Part shown: piece by piece, positions 24,301 through 37,489 of the stretch
Layout: the number at the start of each line of letters is the position of its first letter
How positions within the stretch are numbered: the stretch's first letter is position 1
Source of the DNA: Phoronis australis
Lineage: Eukaryota > Animalia > Phoronida
NCBI GenBank assembly: GCA_002633005.1
Contig: NMRA01000239.1
Location: 189,534-240,444, forward strand
Direction: 5' to 3'
Length of the DNA stretch: 50,911 nucleotides
The notes under the pieces: generated by a model
Told to the model about the DNA's origin: nothing
What the model saw: only the letters and a program-made list of their open reading frames with translations
Database searches by the model: none
Program-made: the position numbers and the translations under genes

Positions 24301-24901
24301 GGTCCATTTGAACGGGCTGCGAACGTCTGCTACAAAGTGTTGCAGGCCGTCTGCCATTATTACATTAGATCATATGCTCAACATGCTTTTTGTCAGCTTC
24401 ACCTTCTTCAAACTTCTCCAACAGAGGGAGAGACAACCACTTGAGCATTACAATCACTCGTCAGTCATGTGACCCGGCAGAGTTATAGTTATTTAAACCC
24501 ACATTAAGTGATGTTTGAGCCAATGCTCATGTTAGCTGAGCCCTCCAGACCATGGCTGCACCATCAACTTATCTAGGCTACACAAGTAGTCATACATAGG
24601 TGCAGACAGTAATCCCTTGTGAACATACATGCCTTTTCAACAGCACTTTCTGTGTCTTTTGTCCACTCTTTGTACTTTGATACATTAATATTCAAATGAA
24701 TACATGTCAATATCTAGCTCTGTGCGGCAGATAAGTCAAGCATGCAACTTATTCTAGATACAAGCACAGCTGCACACACAGGTACATGAGCCTAAATATG
24801 CACATGGGCCTGAATTTGCTCATAACACGGACCTAGATATGCACAAAAACACGCACCTAAATTATTCACATCACAGCAATTCTTACAAATAGCCAACTCA
24901 C

Positions 24902-25021
24902 CATCAAGCACTCCCTGATCATGAGAAGAATGACAATCAGCACAATGTAAGCGCCAATGCAGATGCACACAATGGCTGCTGTTGGCAGGCCTGGCGATGC
25001 GGGTGCTGCCGTCGTGAACAC
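24902..25021 (-). CDS. Cys-rich TM protein, transmembrane exon (VFTTAAPASPGLPTAAIVCICIGAYIVLIVILLMIRECLM)
   Basis: ttccacag acceptor, gtgagt donor; 120 nt, phase 0-0; hydrophobic helix followed by a basic residue. Confidence 0.85.
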
Positions 25022-25570
25022 CTGTGGAAACAAGTCTTAATGAACTGCACTAGCTTAACAGATCAAAAGAAACTTAACAGCAGATAATTAACATAATTTC
25101 AGTGAGGTGTCAAACTGAAACAACTGTCGCAATTGCTTTTGATCACTTAACGGTATTTGAATTCTTGAGCTGTTCACTCGAACAGATAAGGAAGGCAATA
25201 AATGACCTACAGTGGGAGGGAGTTCAAGGTGAGAGGGCACACTGACTACCCAGGCACACTAGTAGTGTGACTATTACGTTGGGACACAGGAAATTTTGTT
25301 TCAGTGGCAAGTCTTGATTTCTTTTAGTTTTGTGTTTGACAGAAAAATATAATCCAAATCTTAAAATAAGTAACCACTTCTAATAGATTAACTCAATTAT
25401 ACTATTAATATGTCCGAGATGGTACTCATCAGATATTACTTTTGATGAATCACACTTAATTTTAGTTTTAAAATTGGTGGTTCAGCAACTCTCCGAAACA
25501 AATGAGTTGTCTCAATATTATATTAATAACATGACTGTCTTACAATGTAAAATGATTAAATATACTTCAC

Positions 25571-25573
25571 CAT
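25571..25573 (-). CDS. Candidate start codon of the Cys-rich TM gene, at the end of a mostly untranslated exon (25571-25696)
   Basis: Minus strand: tttgtag acceptor, exon ends ACCATG|gtgaag; splicing gives ACCATGG (Kozak-like) in frame with VFTTAAP. The donor is weak. Confidence 0.5.
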
Positions 25574-26499
25574 GGTCAATAAATGTGGACAGATGCTTCA
25601 AACTACCAAATCAACGTCAGGATCCATAACTGCTGGACTATAAGTACAGTGTGTTCGCTATCACCACATAAGGTGAGCATATACTGTGTCACGAGCCTAC
25701 AAACAGAACAAACTGCAGGTAAAGATTAACGGTATCAACATTTCAAAAACAAATCTCATCCAAACAGTAGGTAATTAACAAATGTTCAGGTCACGGTCGC
25801 TAAAGAAAATATTAGAGAAGAACCTGTGTTGTTGAAACAAGTCAGGGCTTGGAATGACTTATGATGAAAAAAAGAGGAAAATTTTCCAGGTGACTTGTGC
25901 AATTGAAATATCTTTTGTGCAGTAAAATGTAACTGAAATAAACATTTTTGCATAAATTAAGTCAAAGTAATGATAAAAAATAGATGAAAAAAGAGGAAAC
26001 TGGAAATCAAATAAGAGGAAATTGAAACCAAAAATGAGGAAATCCTCTTAAATGAGGAAAATACGAAGTCCTAAACAAATGTACCAGTGCATGTACATCT
26101 ACTTCTGTTTTTATTTGACCACTGAGCATTCCCAATGAACTGCAGCAGTGCAGCACACACATAGTTATTTTCCTTTGATGCAAGGTTAGAGTGAGCACAT
26201 TTATTTTTGGCCAAAATATGAGTACAAACTTCAAAATCAGCGCATCTGTGAACAAAGACATTGTATTGATCGACATGAGCACACGTACTGGAGCAAACTC
26301 CATATTGGGCTTGTCTTTCGGTGACTGAGCTGTAGAATAGCCACTCTTGCGAAAGCCTTACTAGTGCAACCTGTGTCCACATCATTTTGGTGTTCTTTCA
26401 GTCTGTATCCTGTCTAAGATATGCTATGGCAACCTGTCTTCTTCCTGGACCATTTTTGTGCCAAGCATCCATCCTGCACTGTGGTATGAGCCTATGTGC

Positions 26500-27260
26500 C
26501 TGGTCATGTGGCGCCCAAGTGAATGAACAGGCAGATCACCTGGTTGGGGCATCTAACAAAAACGGTCCTCTCATTCTGTACGTCTCCGACATCAAGATTT
26601 TTGACTAGGCACTCTTCCACCGTCAACATCAAACAGAGATTGTCTACTTACGGCAACGGGACCTGCATTATGAACTCTGGAATTTTATTTGCGACTTGCA
26701 CCTCAAGCCAGTCCAGGGGCACAGAGATGAAAAACCAACAGATAACAGACAACATCAGTACTGGAAGTTAGTGCCTCCTGTTGTCAGGACGGAAGTGTGG
26801 CGAGACGATTAGTGCCACCGTACATTGTCTATAACCCTGTCTGCAACAGGTAACTTTGCAGGTATTTTCTGTATCCAAAATTGCAAGATGTTTCCCAATC
26901 TCCCAATCATGCTAAAGGAAGAAAATCTTTAACAGAATTCCATAAGTCAGCTACTACGGATCACGCCATTCAAAACAATGATGTCATCAACTGACCAGAG
27001 ACTAAAGCCTTAGATTCCAAGGAGAATGACTACTTTAAACGCATCAGAATCAGACAGACCAAAACATCTGATGAACAGCGCCGATGGGCGTACAAACTCA
27101 GCATACTGTATAATCCTACTTTGGCGTTCCAATTTCCCAACGACGCCTGTCGGGATACTGTCTCACGGACAAAGACCTCAGAGACGCAATATGGAGGTCG
27201 AAAGTTTCCGAGGTAAATATTCTTTACATTCCACGATTTTACGATGAAATCAGCAGCCAT
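26500..27260. mobile_element. Very decayed RTE-like LINE remnants
   Basis: Plus strand RQITWLGHL (RTE C-terminal WLGH motif); minus strand SWNVKNIY, CVSEV and GNWNAKVG (AP-endonuclease WNV, SE and GDWNAKVG motifs). Confidence 0.4.
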
Positions 27261-27823
27261 AAGTACTCAAAAACCCTCAATATTTTTAGAGAGTTTCTGT
27301 TACATTGCATTTAAATAGCATTGACAGTGCAGCACAAACATTTGTGACTAAACACAAAAGTAAAATGCGTGTAATACTGATTGATTTCAATCCCCCTGCT
27401 TGCTTTTCAAGGATTTGCTACCTGCGCCATCTATTATTAACAACAATAACCAATAGACTGCAGAGGGGAAGTCCCACAACAGTGAATGTGCAGCATACAT
27501 CTGAAATAACGTTGAAGCATAACTTATGGCAAAAGATAGCGACCTCGAATTGAGAGCTTTGTATATACGTTTTGGAAATCTTGTTGCCAAATCACCACTG
27601 TCGAGGACAATTTAGGGAAGATAACGCTTCGGAGCTTTATGTACCACCAGTCTGCAGGAGATACACTCGCATTTTATTAGGATCTCAGACTATTTACTTA
27701 TGGCCGGTCTTATATGGTAATGAATCATTGTGAGATTCCAGTGCCTGTAGGGCCTATGGATGTTTATTGTGAAATTCCAGAGCCTGTGGAGCCTGTGGGT
27801 GTTTCGATGTGGTTCATAATATG

Positions 27824-28145
27824 AGACTGCAACATCCTACATGTGTCTGTGATCTTCAAGAAGCGCCAACGGTTTGACCGTTCAAACTACATGGTCTATA
27901 ACCTTCATATCTATAGGTAGTAAGCTTGTGGAATACGTTATGGTCAGTAACATCATGTCTAAACTATTGGCCAACATTGTCAGAATCTCACAGCCTTCAA
28001 TGGTGTCAGTCATTTTTGTCAAGTTGTACATAGACAGTGGTCCCAGATGGAGAAAAATCTGATACCACACTACCACAGTATATCATCTGGAGTCCAACAG
28101 GGGTCAGTTTGCGGCCTATCTTTTCCTGGTTTATATCAACGGCAA
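27824..28145 (+). mobile_element. Degenerate LINE reverse transcriptase fragment (CR1/L2/Daphne-like)
   Basis: Frameshifted VIFKKRQRFDRSNY/SITFISIGSKLVEYVMVSNIM (compare PIFKKG..NYRPISLTS..KLLE) and SSGVQQGSV..LFLVYIN (compare SGVPQGSVLGP.LFLIYIND). Confidence 0.8.
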
Positions 28146-29924
28146 TGTTGAAACCCTGATATCCAATATTTGCTGCTGGATGGCTGGATGAATTCCATAC
28201 CAGAAAGTGCCATAAAAGACCTGTCAATTCCCATTTACCAACTTCGAGGTCAAACACTTGACAGAGTCACAGTTGCGTTGGCTCGGACAATCTAAGTACT
28301 ACGTCACATGTACACGTCAGATTTATCTTAAAACACATCCAGACAACATCACAGCAAAATTAAATACAAAGAAACTTGCAATTTTGTATGTGACTAACTC
28401 ACATGTCAATATAAATGCCTACAATTCTCCTGTAAGGCTGTAGTTGTAACTGTATCAGGCCTGTTTTTCAAGTGTTTTTGAATATTGTGCTTTACAATCC
28501 GACTCTAAAACCCGACTCTCTAAACGTACATACTTGGTGATGCTATTTTCTGAATCCTCTCCTTATGCCAAGTTTAAAACTGTGTTAATCATACCTATTA
28601 GCCCTTCTTATTCATACATTTAGTGTATTTTCCAAGGCGTTCACTTGTTAGTAAGCAGAAATAAACTGGCAGCCATTTTAAAAGTGCGACACCACTCAGC
28701 AGGAATGATAACTACAACGATTGCGCCGGAGTCGAACCGTTGTGTGCCGAACGGTGGTCGAACCGTTGAGTAGTCACTGCGTGCTAGTACATAGCGGGTG
28801 TACGAGGGAAACTTTCAGTTGAAGGTGGTAATAATCACTTAACGGAGTGTCTCTTCAAAACTTGTCCATCAGAAAAGAAGAGAGAATGCGTGACCTGTGC
28901 ATTCCATTATAAGCTAGTTTGCGGACCCCGAATTAGTCACTGAGCTGGGCCGCTTACATTGTGAACTCCCTCGGCTGTCTGCTCTCGCCGAGTGTTGTAG
29001 TTACCAAATTAAGGCTAATTTAATTGCTTCATTCTCATTCATTTTTTTTTTTCACTTTTGTTCATGAAGCGAGATTCATAGATGAGTTACGGTTCCACAC
29101 ACTCCTCGGGAAAATGTCTCGTCATTAGTCAATAAAACGACGTTTGAGTTTTTAAATTAATTGTTAAAACATTTTCTGTATACGCACCTACCTGTGACCC
29201 AGGGCTGGATGTCTGAAATTAGGGTCGTAGGAAGCAAAGATACACCTAAATACGAATGCCCCATCTCTCATGTTCCCCCATGCATGACGGTTACCTCTCA
29301 AAAATAGCATGCCTCACTGTCAACTGCATGATTGCTTATAAGACATTCCGTTTTGATAAACAAATTCGTTGGTTTGATTAACATATGTTTATGTATCTAG
29401 GAGATAGATAGATCCATAGATTATTTTTGCAATTAAAACCGTTTTAATCTAATCTTGTAAGAATTCGCGATGTTTCAGTGAATTTAGTTGCAGCCTGAAG
29501 TTGGAAAAATCTATATTATTAATCCTATACCCCGTAGTAAACTTTACATTTAGACGTCGGACGATTTTGCCTATCTAAAATAAATGTCAAAGACATTGAC
29601 GAAATTCGGACAGTTCCCAAAAATATGGTCACAATTCAAATGACAATAAATGCATTGCTTTTTGAATTAGTCACAAGATTTGTCATTTAAACTCACAAAC
29701 AGCAGGTCAAAAAGGAATCAAAAGCCAATAAATCAACGAAAACACATTGCTCATAGAATGATAGTTGGCTTCTGAGTTTACATGTTTATGTATCTACGTA
29801 AATCGACTGATTGGTAGATGACTTTTGAAAATTAGAAGCTAAAAGTGTAAGAAATGGCGATGCTTCACTGAACTTAGTTGCAAGCTGACATTGGGAAATT
29901 TCGATCCATCGGTCAGACCCTTAA

Positions 29925-30216
29925 AGTCATATGATCCGTTTGTAGACGTTTTAAAAACATCGTGAATCTGCATAAAAACCATTGAAACATACTCTCTGAC
30001 ACTTAATTAGAACTTTTCGTAAGTATGGGGTCGATCTGCTGCCTGTACATATTTTTTCTTTTATTTTTTATTTTCTTAAAATCTGCGTGATCAAAACAAA
30101 CGANAACTTTTTGCACAAGTTGAAAGTTAATAACTTTTTGAACTCCATGTCACATCAAAAAACCGGCTTAAACGGCGTTAAGAGTTTTTTTCTTCTATAA
30201 CTCGGACCATAGGCCT
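29925..30216. mobile_element. 292-bp Kolobok-like MITE with TTAA target duplication
   Basis: ttaa|agtcatatgatccg ... cggaccataggcct|ttaa. Confidence 0.75.
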
Positions 30217-32299
30217 TTAAGTAGCAAAGTACAGTAAACGATATTTGTCTACTATGAAAGATGTCTCAATGATACTGCTGAAAATGATTTATTTACTTTC
30301 GTAATCATATGTCATTGTAATCTTAACAACAGTTTTTTTTTAAATTTATGTATTTGTGTAAAATAATTGTATATAGATTACTTTGAACTTTTTTAACCCA
30401 GTTATAATGCCTCTTGGCGCTTTCTGGGTTTTGTATATTCATCGTATCGAAGATTTCGTATTAAACATTATAAAAAATGTCGGTCAGCTGTACAAAGTGT
30501 ACAAAAATGTTCTCACAATTCAAATGGCAATAAATTGTTTATTGACTTAGAAACTACATTAGTGGTTTAAATTCATAAACTGTTGATCGAAAAAAGAAGT
30601 TGAAGTCCTTCAATAAATAAAATTAATTTAAACTCATTGCTTACTAACTTGGAAAGGTAGTCTTTGCACTTCCTTGGTGTTTTTAGTTTCCAGTAGTTAC
30701 TGGGCAATGATTGTTTGTTCTTCAAAACTGACTCGTTGGTTTTCCATTGCCGTGCATACTGCATAGACGGAGCGCGTCATGAGTGACGCTATCACGTTAA
30801 AAATAATGTGTTACCATGCGGTAGGCCCGCGCAGAACCTAAGTGATCCACGGGACTGGATATGAGCTCCAAGCGTTGAAGTGTGTACATTTTGGGACGCA
30901 ATATGTATCATTCTCCACAGCTACCAGAAATTGGACTACCGGCAGTGTTTCAAAATTCCTTTTGAAACACGGCAATATGCTAGGGACCTGTGGGACTTTA
31001 CCTTTTCAAAAAAATCCTTCAAAGAATGACCATAATAAAACGAACTTTTCCCGAAACTGGATCATATTAAAAGGAATCTTAGCCTCAGAGGCAGCGCAGA
31101 CGGATAAGTAGGAGCTAAGATGCCTGTCTCAAGTGAATCATAGCTGAGCTGACCAGCGATTAGCCCAGTTCTCCGAATTTCGTTCTTTCACACTGTCAGA
31201 TCTCAGCTACAGTTACTTGAGGCAGCTACCAGTCAGTGCGCTGGCCCTAGGCCCATTCTTACTCTTCATGAAAATTTGCTGGTTCACACTTGTCTCGCTC
31301 TTGGCTGGTTGTCCCAGGAGTCCGGCGCCATCGCGCCACACCAGCAATATGTATTGGCACACAGCAAAATTGACGGCATGTTATCGTATACTGATGTAAA
31401 TTCCCACGCGACGTAGCCTATTTCCCGATAGACAAAAAGAAAACAAGGGATGTTTCATGGGTTTCGCGGCACCCACAATTTCCCATTTGACTAAAAAACA
31501 AAAAACGCGAAATCGCGTATGCGTAAACTTAGAATATAATACTCATTTAGGCAATCAGGTGAAATTTTTCTTCAGTGTAAAGAATTTTTGTAATTGCTGG
31601 CCTCATGATCACACATTTTCTGATTTAGCGTAACTTGTGCCAAAGAATCGGAGGAATTCGTGAATGTGAAATCAATTATTGTTTGGTGAATGAGATCGCC
31701 AATAGTTGAAAAAGGTTGGTTAAAATTTACGTTATTTTATTAACATTTAATTTGATTTAGTGCAGTGCAAATTTTTATCAACATGAATGAGATTATTTGA
31801 GTGAACTTGTCAAGTTTGCTCCTGTATTCCAAGTTCACGCATAAGCTATCTCGAGAGTAAGCAAGATTCCAAGTTCAGGCACGGCATCTCTACTCAAATG
31901 CATGGAACCTAGTACCTCTGCACCTACTGCCCACTTGGAAGCTCAGCTGAAACCCTACCCTGAAAAAGACAATTGCAACCTCTCCCTCATTCCTTCCAAT
32001 TGCTATGAACTTCTCTGACCAATAAACACAATGCTCAGAGTTATTGTATCTGTATTTTTTATCACGAAAAAGTAAATAAATATCGAATCTGGACTTTTTC
32101 CATAATTTAGTGGTTAGTCAAGTCTTCTCTTGACTGCTTTTACCAGACTTACAAGTCAACAATGTCTCACATTTCTGGTACAAGAGAAATAAAAATAATA
32201 CAATTTTTTAGTATTTTTTACTTTAAATACATTTATACATTAATACAATATAGAAGTGTGCTGTTGTTGGTGATAAACAAAGGTTACCTAAACTGTATT

Positions 32300-33018
32300 A
32301 AAGACGTATTTGCATGCTCCTAACTATGCTAATGAAAAGCAGGAACAAGACGACAATGCTATTTAAACATCATCTACACCTAAACAAAGTGCAGTTGTAT
32401 TCATTGACAACTTGTAAATGTGAAAACAAAGATTCTGCAAATAAGTGACTTTTAATGACGTATCTCGCGGGCTCACATAGCCCTCATCATGCAGTGTTAT
32501 TCCCCAACACCACATCACGATACTTACTGGACACAATTCAGACCATTTTCGCCACAAAACTCAGTCAATTTTCAACCTACTTCATATTCACATCATCACT
32601 ATACGTTGTGTTGCTAACTAATTTGACCCAGCAATCACAGAGATAAGGAATTAGTGTGCATGTTCCACTTTAGAACAAACTTTTCCAGTGACAAGTAGCA
32701 CTACACATTTAAATTGGATCAGGAAATGGTGGCACTTAAGGTCTGTTTCTCCAAAATCGACTTCAGACTAAAATTTGGTCTAAGGTTCCCATTTCACAAT
32801 TACGTAATAAAAATTTAACCAAGCAATTGTGATAGCATAACGGTGCGTAAATAATTTATAAAAAAGTATTTCAGTATCTACCAGTTATGTGTGTCTTCCC
32901 AAAGACTTTGGGCTTTTGTACAAGTGAGATTTAATTACTTTTTCTGAAATAGTTGTTGGAGCGTAAGACCAAATTTCTGAATTAAGTCTTCAGTTACTCG
33001 TCATAAAACAGGCGCCAG
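32300..33018 (-). mobile_element. Inverted copy of the 6001-6663 element, composite with the 13741-type MITE
   Basis: Long reverse-complement matches, for example gccctcatcatgcagtgttattccccaacaccacatcacgata. Confidence 0.8.
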
Positions 33019-34608
33019 GAAAACACCAAATCAATGATAACTGCAGCTAAGCCTGTTAAAATGGATAATACGGAATACAGAGACTGTTACAATTAAACCA
33101 CCAAATACAATACCAACAAAAAATGACACAAAATCAAAATATGTTCCAAAGACAATATAAGCAACTATTGTCGTTTTTTTGTATCATTAAGTGAAGACTT
33201 TTAAAATGCTGTTATGGAGTTTACCTATAGATGGCGTCTTAATATAGCGTAACCAATACAGTAACTCACGAGTAGCATAGCATCCTACATGTCTCAAGAG
33301 TTCTTTTCAGAGTAAGGTGCAATCTGACTTATCTGAAGGGCTGTGTGCATGAACAGTCGTATTGGAGAACTTTGTTTGAGTTAAGCAAAAGTCCAACATA
33401 TGCGTGTTTGACAATGACTAACTAAACTAAAGCACCGATGACCCTCAATCTTTGTGGTGGCCACGGGATGAAACAAATTTTGACGATGGGGCTACCCGAA
33501 AATTGTGGTGAACTCGGGAGCAAAAATCTTTGGCGACTAAAGAAAATTTTGCGTCAATCAGGATGAAATATAGCTTAAGGCTCAAAAAACTTTTAACCTT
33601 CCTGTATGCACAAGTAAATACTATAACAAGGACAACAAAACTGAATTAAGTTTTGTGAGTTATAAGGTGCGTTTTCAAATTACATTCCACTCACCCCGAT
33701 CACCGGCAGACAGCACATTACCACACACTCTGTGTTTCCCATGCAATAAACCTAATCAGATGGAAATTAATACAGGTGCATTACTTTCTAGCAAAGGGGC
33801 AGTTGAAATCCCCTTCCTGTCGCCAGAATTCCTTTAATGTTCTAGGAGACCGCGCAGGATTGAGCACCTCACCTAGCCTAGTCTCGGTGCAGCAAAGGTC
33901 TGTAAACACTATTCCCAAGTCATTTACAATATCAAAAGCATACATATGCAGGCCTGAAGCCTCTGGCAGGTCACAAGCAACATACAGCTCCACACAGTCC
34001 ATCTAATCCACAGTTCTATGCCTTTTTGTAGCTAAGATGGTTGAAGGTAAGAGATTGAATCCAGATACTTTGTTTTTTGAAAGAAACGAAACGAAACAAC
34101 ATAATGGCCGTCTTAGCTACTACTGGGTTCACGACCCTTGTTAAAAGGGCCCTGATTTGTGCGACTAAATGCATGACATGAGACACAAAGACACTCAGTA
34201 GCCATTCATAATATATAACTGGCAGACTGCTTGAGTTCAGCATTAGTTACAATGCACAAAGTAATATGAGCTGCCAATTAACACAATAATTGCAGAGCCT
34301 GAGTCCTCCACCAACACAAAAAAACATGGTAACTGGGAACTCGTGGATTTTTACAAATTATTGTTAAGGTTTGAAAAGACAAATTGAAAAATGACAGAAA
34401 GTCTAAAAAAATATTGTATGAAAATATTAAAGAGCTGAAATTCAAAACAATGAAGAAAGTTGTTTTGGATAGCATAACAAGGTCTATAGTGACGTTGACA
34501 CTTCAAAACTTGCTAATATGAGCAAGAGAATTGTGCATTTTAGACAGCATAGGCCCTAACCACCTGTGATACGAATGAATTACACAAAGGCCTTTCGAAC
34601 CAGCTTAC

Positions 34609-34771
34609 GGGTAACTCTCGCTGTTGAATAGAACTGGCGAACGATCTCCATATACTCTCCGACGGCGGACATACAAAATCATGGCGATAACCAGCACAGA
34701 CACAACAGCAACTGTTCCAAACACAATGCCCACAACACCTCCTGCCGAAAATTCCGAATTGTGAAAAATAT
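34609..34771 (-). CDS. Type I receptor, TM and cytoplasmic exon (FSAGGVVGIVFGTVAVVSVLVIAMILYVRRRR...)
   Basis: ttttacag acceptor; TM helix then RRRR stop-transfer; ends at a gtaagc donor, or at the overlapping TAA (34605-34607) if unspliced. Confidence 0.88.
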
Positions 34772-35668
34772 CTGTAAAATTCACAAATTCAGAGATGAAC
34801 AACGTAGGCTACATCATGAACTTCATCCATACCTCCACCGTTGTGAATGCCACCATGATTATCATTGTTGTGATCTGTTAAGTGGCTGTCACTAGCGCCA
34901 CCTATTGTTAATGTTATGAGTTAGTGGGTAATCTAGCTCCCCTGGACTGTGACCCAAGTTCATGAATTATCCACAATTCTGTGTGTTCTATTCCTGTCTC
35001 GTGTTATGGAGAATAAACATGGCTTCACAGTGATAATGGCTAATTTTCAAATTGTTTGTAACCAAGCACAGCCAATGATCGAATTGCACCTGGTTCTCGT
35101 GCAGCATGTAGCCGTATTTTCGAAAATCAGAGGATGTTCAAACCAGACTCGCATTCAGACTTGAGAAATGCAGAGTAGTAATCGTGACTTTGAAACTGGC
35201 ACGCTTTTGTGTATTCTTACGGAACACTGTTTGAGCTAAAACAGCAGAAAATAAGTCAGTCTGCCCCAAATTACATTATTTAATAGCAAATGCAAAGGGG
35301 GTCAAAATGAAACACCTAGGAAAATGTTCAATGGCATAATTTTTCGTGCAGGAGCTGAACCCCTAAAATTTGAGGAACTCAAAATGCAGAAAAACACAAC
35401 ATCAGAAAATCACTATGAATGAAAACAAAACTTTCCAGAATTTCATCTGCAAAATTAACTTAGCGTGAATTTCGGTCTTAACTTAGACAAATTCTTAGCC
35501 TGAAGTCACATTTCATGAAACTGGTTTGATGAAAAAAGTTTGAATAGTTTCAGTTAACATTCCTCATTTCTGATTACATTACGGACCAAGTGGGATTGAT
35601 AGGCTGTGTCCAGTGTAAACTTAATGCATTATTTTGATGGTGACCGTATCGCTTTAACCAGAATACGA

Positions 35669-35923
35669 CTTTCAAATGGCAAGAGTGCTGAAACAAGATT
35701 ATTTTACCAACAAACGTGTTTAAACAATCACAAGATTGTATTCCCTTAAAAAACAGGGTGGGTGAAAAAGAGGGTAGTTACGGTAATTTGAAAGCTTTCA
35801 AATGGCAAGAGTGCTGAAACAAGATTATTTAACCAACAAACGTGTTTAAACAATCACAAGATTGTATTCCCTTAAAATACAGGGTGCATGAAAAAGAGCG
35901 TAGTTACGGTAATTTGAAAGCTT
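35669..35923 (+). repeat. 126-bp near-perfect tandem duplication
   Basis: ctttcaaatggcaagagtgctg..cggtaatttgaaag at 35669 and 35795. Confidence 0.92.
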
Positions 35924-36142
35924 AACACTACACACAGGTCACAAAGATGCACCGGTTTTTAAACCACTATTAAACAAATTTTAATATTTACTGGCCAGAA
36001 TACACATGCTATACACACTCTCCACTTGTTTCAGATAACATGACGACAATAGTTCGTGGGTGCAAAGATTCGCTAATTTCACAACAAATCCATCTTTTCC
36101 ACACACCCTTTCCTCATCCAACATTTGATTTCTACAACTTAC

Positions 36143-36301
36143 TTGGTGGGAAACATTCAGATGATCCGGAGAACGAAGTGAATCCCTCCCTGCAACTGAG
36201 GCAGTGGTTCTCATTATTGGGCGATGGCTGATAAGTACCCATAGGGCACTCTGAGCAATGCTTCGTCTCACGGGATCGATAATGACCAGACGGACAGGAA
36301 G
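36143..36301 (-). CDS. Type I receptor, second ephrin-receptor-like repeat exon (SCPSGHYR...CSECPMGTYQP...CLSC..G.SEC)
   Basis: atttccag acceptor, gtaagt donor; phase 1-1; uses a different frame from the listed ORF 35981..36340. Confidence 0.9.
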
Positions 36302-36392
36302 CTGGAAATGAGAAATAAAACTCCGTTTGCTGGGGATCACACCTACAATGACTACTATCGGGGAACTCGTAGGTATTTCACTGGTGAGTCAG

Positions 36393-36589
36393 ACACCTTA
36401 TTCACGCAGTCGCCATTATAAAAGTGAGCCTCCTTTTAGGTTTTAGAAACGATGCATTCTGCGCTTAATCACAGTGCAAAGCATGATTTTTTCGCGTGCA
36501 TCATTATATTTATGTCTCAAATGCATTGTTTTTTAAATCTAAAAAGAGGCTCACTACTAAAATGGCGACTGACTGCATGAATGAGGTGT
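36393..36589. mobile_element. About 200-bp palindromic MITE
   Basis: acaccttattcacgcagtcgccatt..agtgagcctc / gaggctcact..aatggcgactg..tgcatgaatgaggtgt. Confidence 0.75.
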
Positions 36590-37489
36590 ATACTCCTCAA
36601 AAACAGAAAGCATTAAAATTTGAGTGGAAGAGTGCACCAGGGAAATCAAAGTGAATCAAAAATTGAGAAAGAAGGCTCAAAATCTGAGTCTGAGTTATCA
36701 AAAGCCTAGTGAGAACACTCTCACTACAGTATCTATGGTAACACTATTACCAAAAAAAAACATTACTATGAATATGTCAATCTCAATATGGCATAAAAAT
36801 ATGTTGCTAACATTTAAGTTGTGTCTGCACGCCATCTGTTGGCCACATCAGAAAACCAATACTGCAAGAATTAGAAATCTTACTCAATAAGATTTAATCC
36901 TACAAACTTCCAACCTGGTCTGATGTCACAGTAAGTAAAGAGGAAAATTTTTGTCACTTTCTATTCAACAAAGAACTTGCTTAAACTTGCTTTAGCGAGA
37001 TTGCATGCCATAATTTGATTTTTTTATCTTTGTAATTATTATATGAGTGAGATTTAACAATTTTAAGAGTTTTGATAACTGCCATCTTCACTAAAATCTC
37101 AACAATTTATGTCACAAAATGCACGAATGACATTTCACTATCTCGTTTTTTTCATTAACATGATTTGCCTAATATTGCGTTACCATCTTCAGGTTCTGTA
37201 ACCAAAGCCAATATCGGACAATATTTTGAAAAATTGTTGGCAGTCACGTCAATGTTAGATGCTTTCGGAGAACGCAATTATGGTGATAATTTTGTGTGTG
37301 AAATTGGAGGTATTTCACCTGCATTTAGAGTAAAGACCAAATAAGTGCAGTCTCACCTACATATTGTGTACTTTAACTTGAATGAGTGAAGGTAGCTGAA
37401 GGATGTTAGCTCGAGTCTCCGCTCAACAGTGCCAGCTCAGAGACAGCACTTTACGTTGTATTATTAGATTCACTTAATACAAAACTGAC

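Noticed and set aside
29192-29290. Coding first exon of the Cys-rich gene (strong CAG|gtaggt donor on the minus strand)
   Set aside because: The ATG-initiated open frames end in phase 1 or 2, incompatible with the phase-0 TM exon; at most a 5' UTR exon.
33781-34002. 73-aa minus-strand ORF as the receptor's last exon
   Set aside because: No convincing polypyrimidine acceptor and no recognisable motif.
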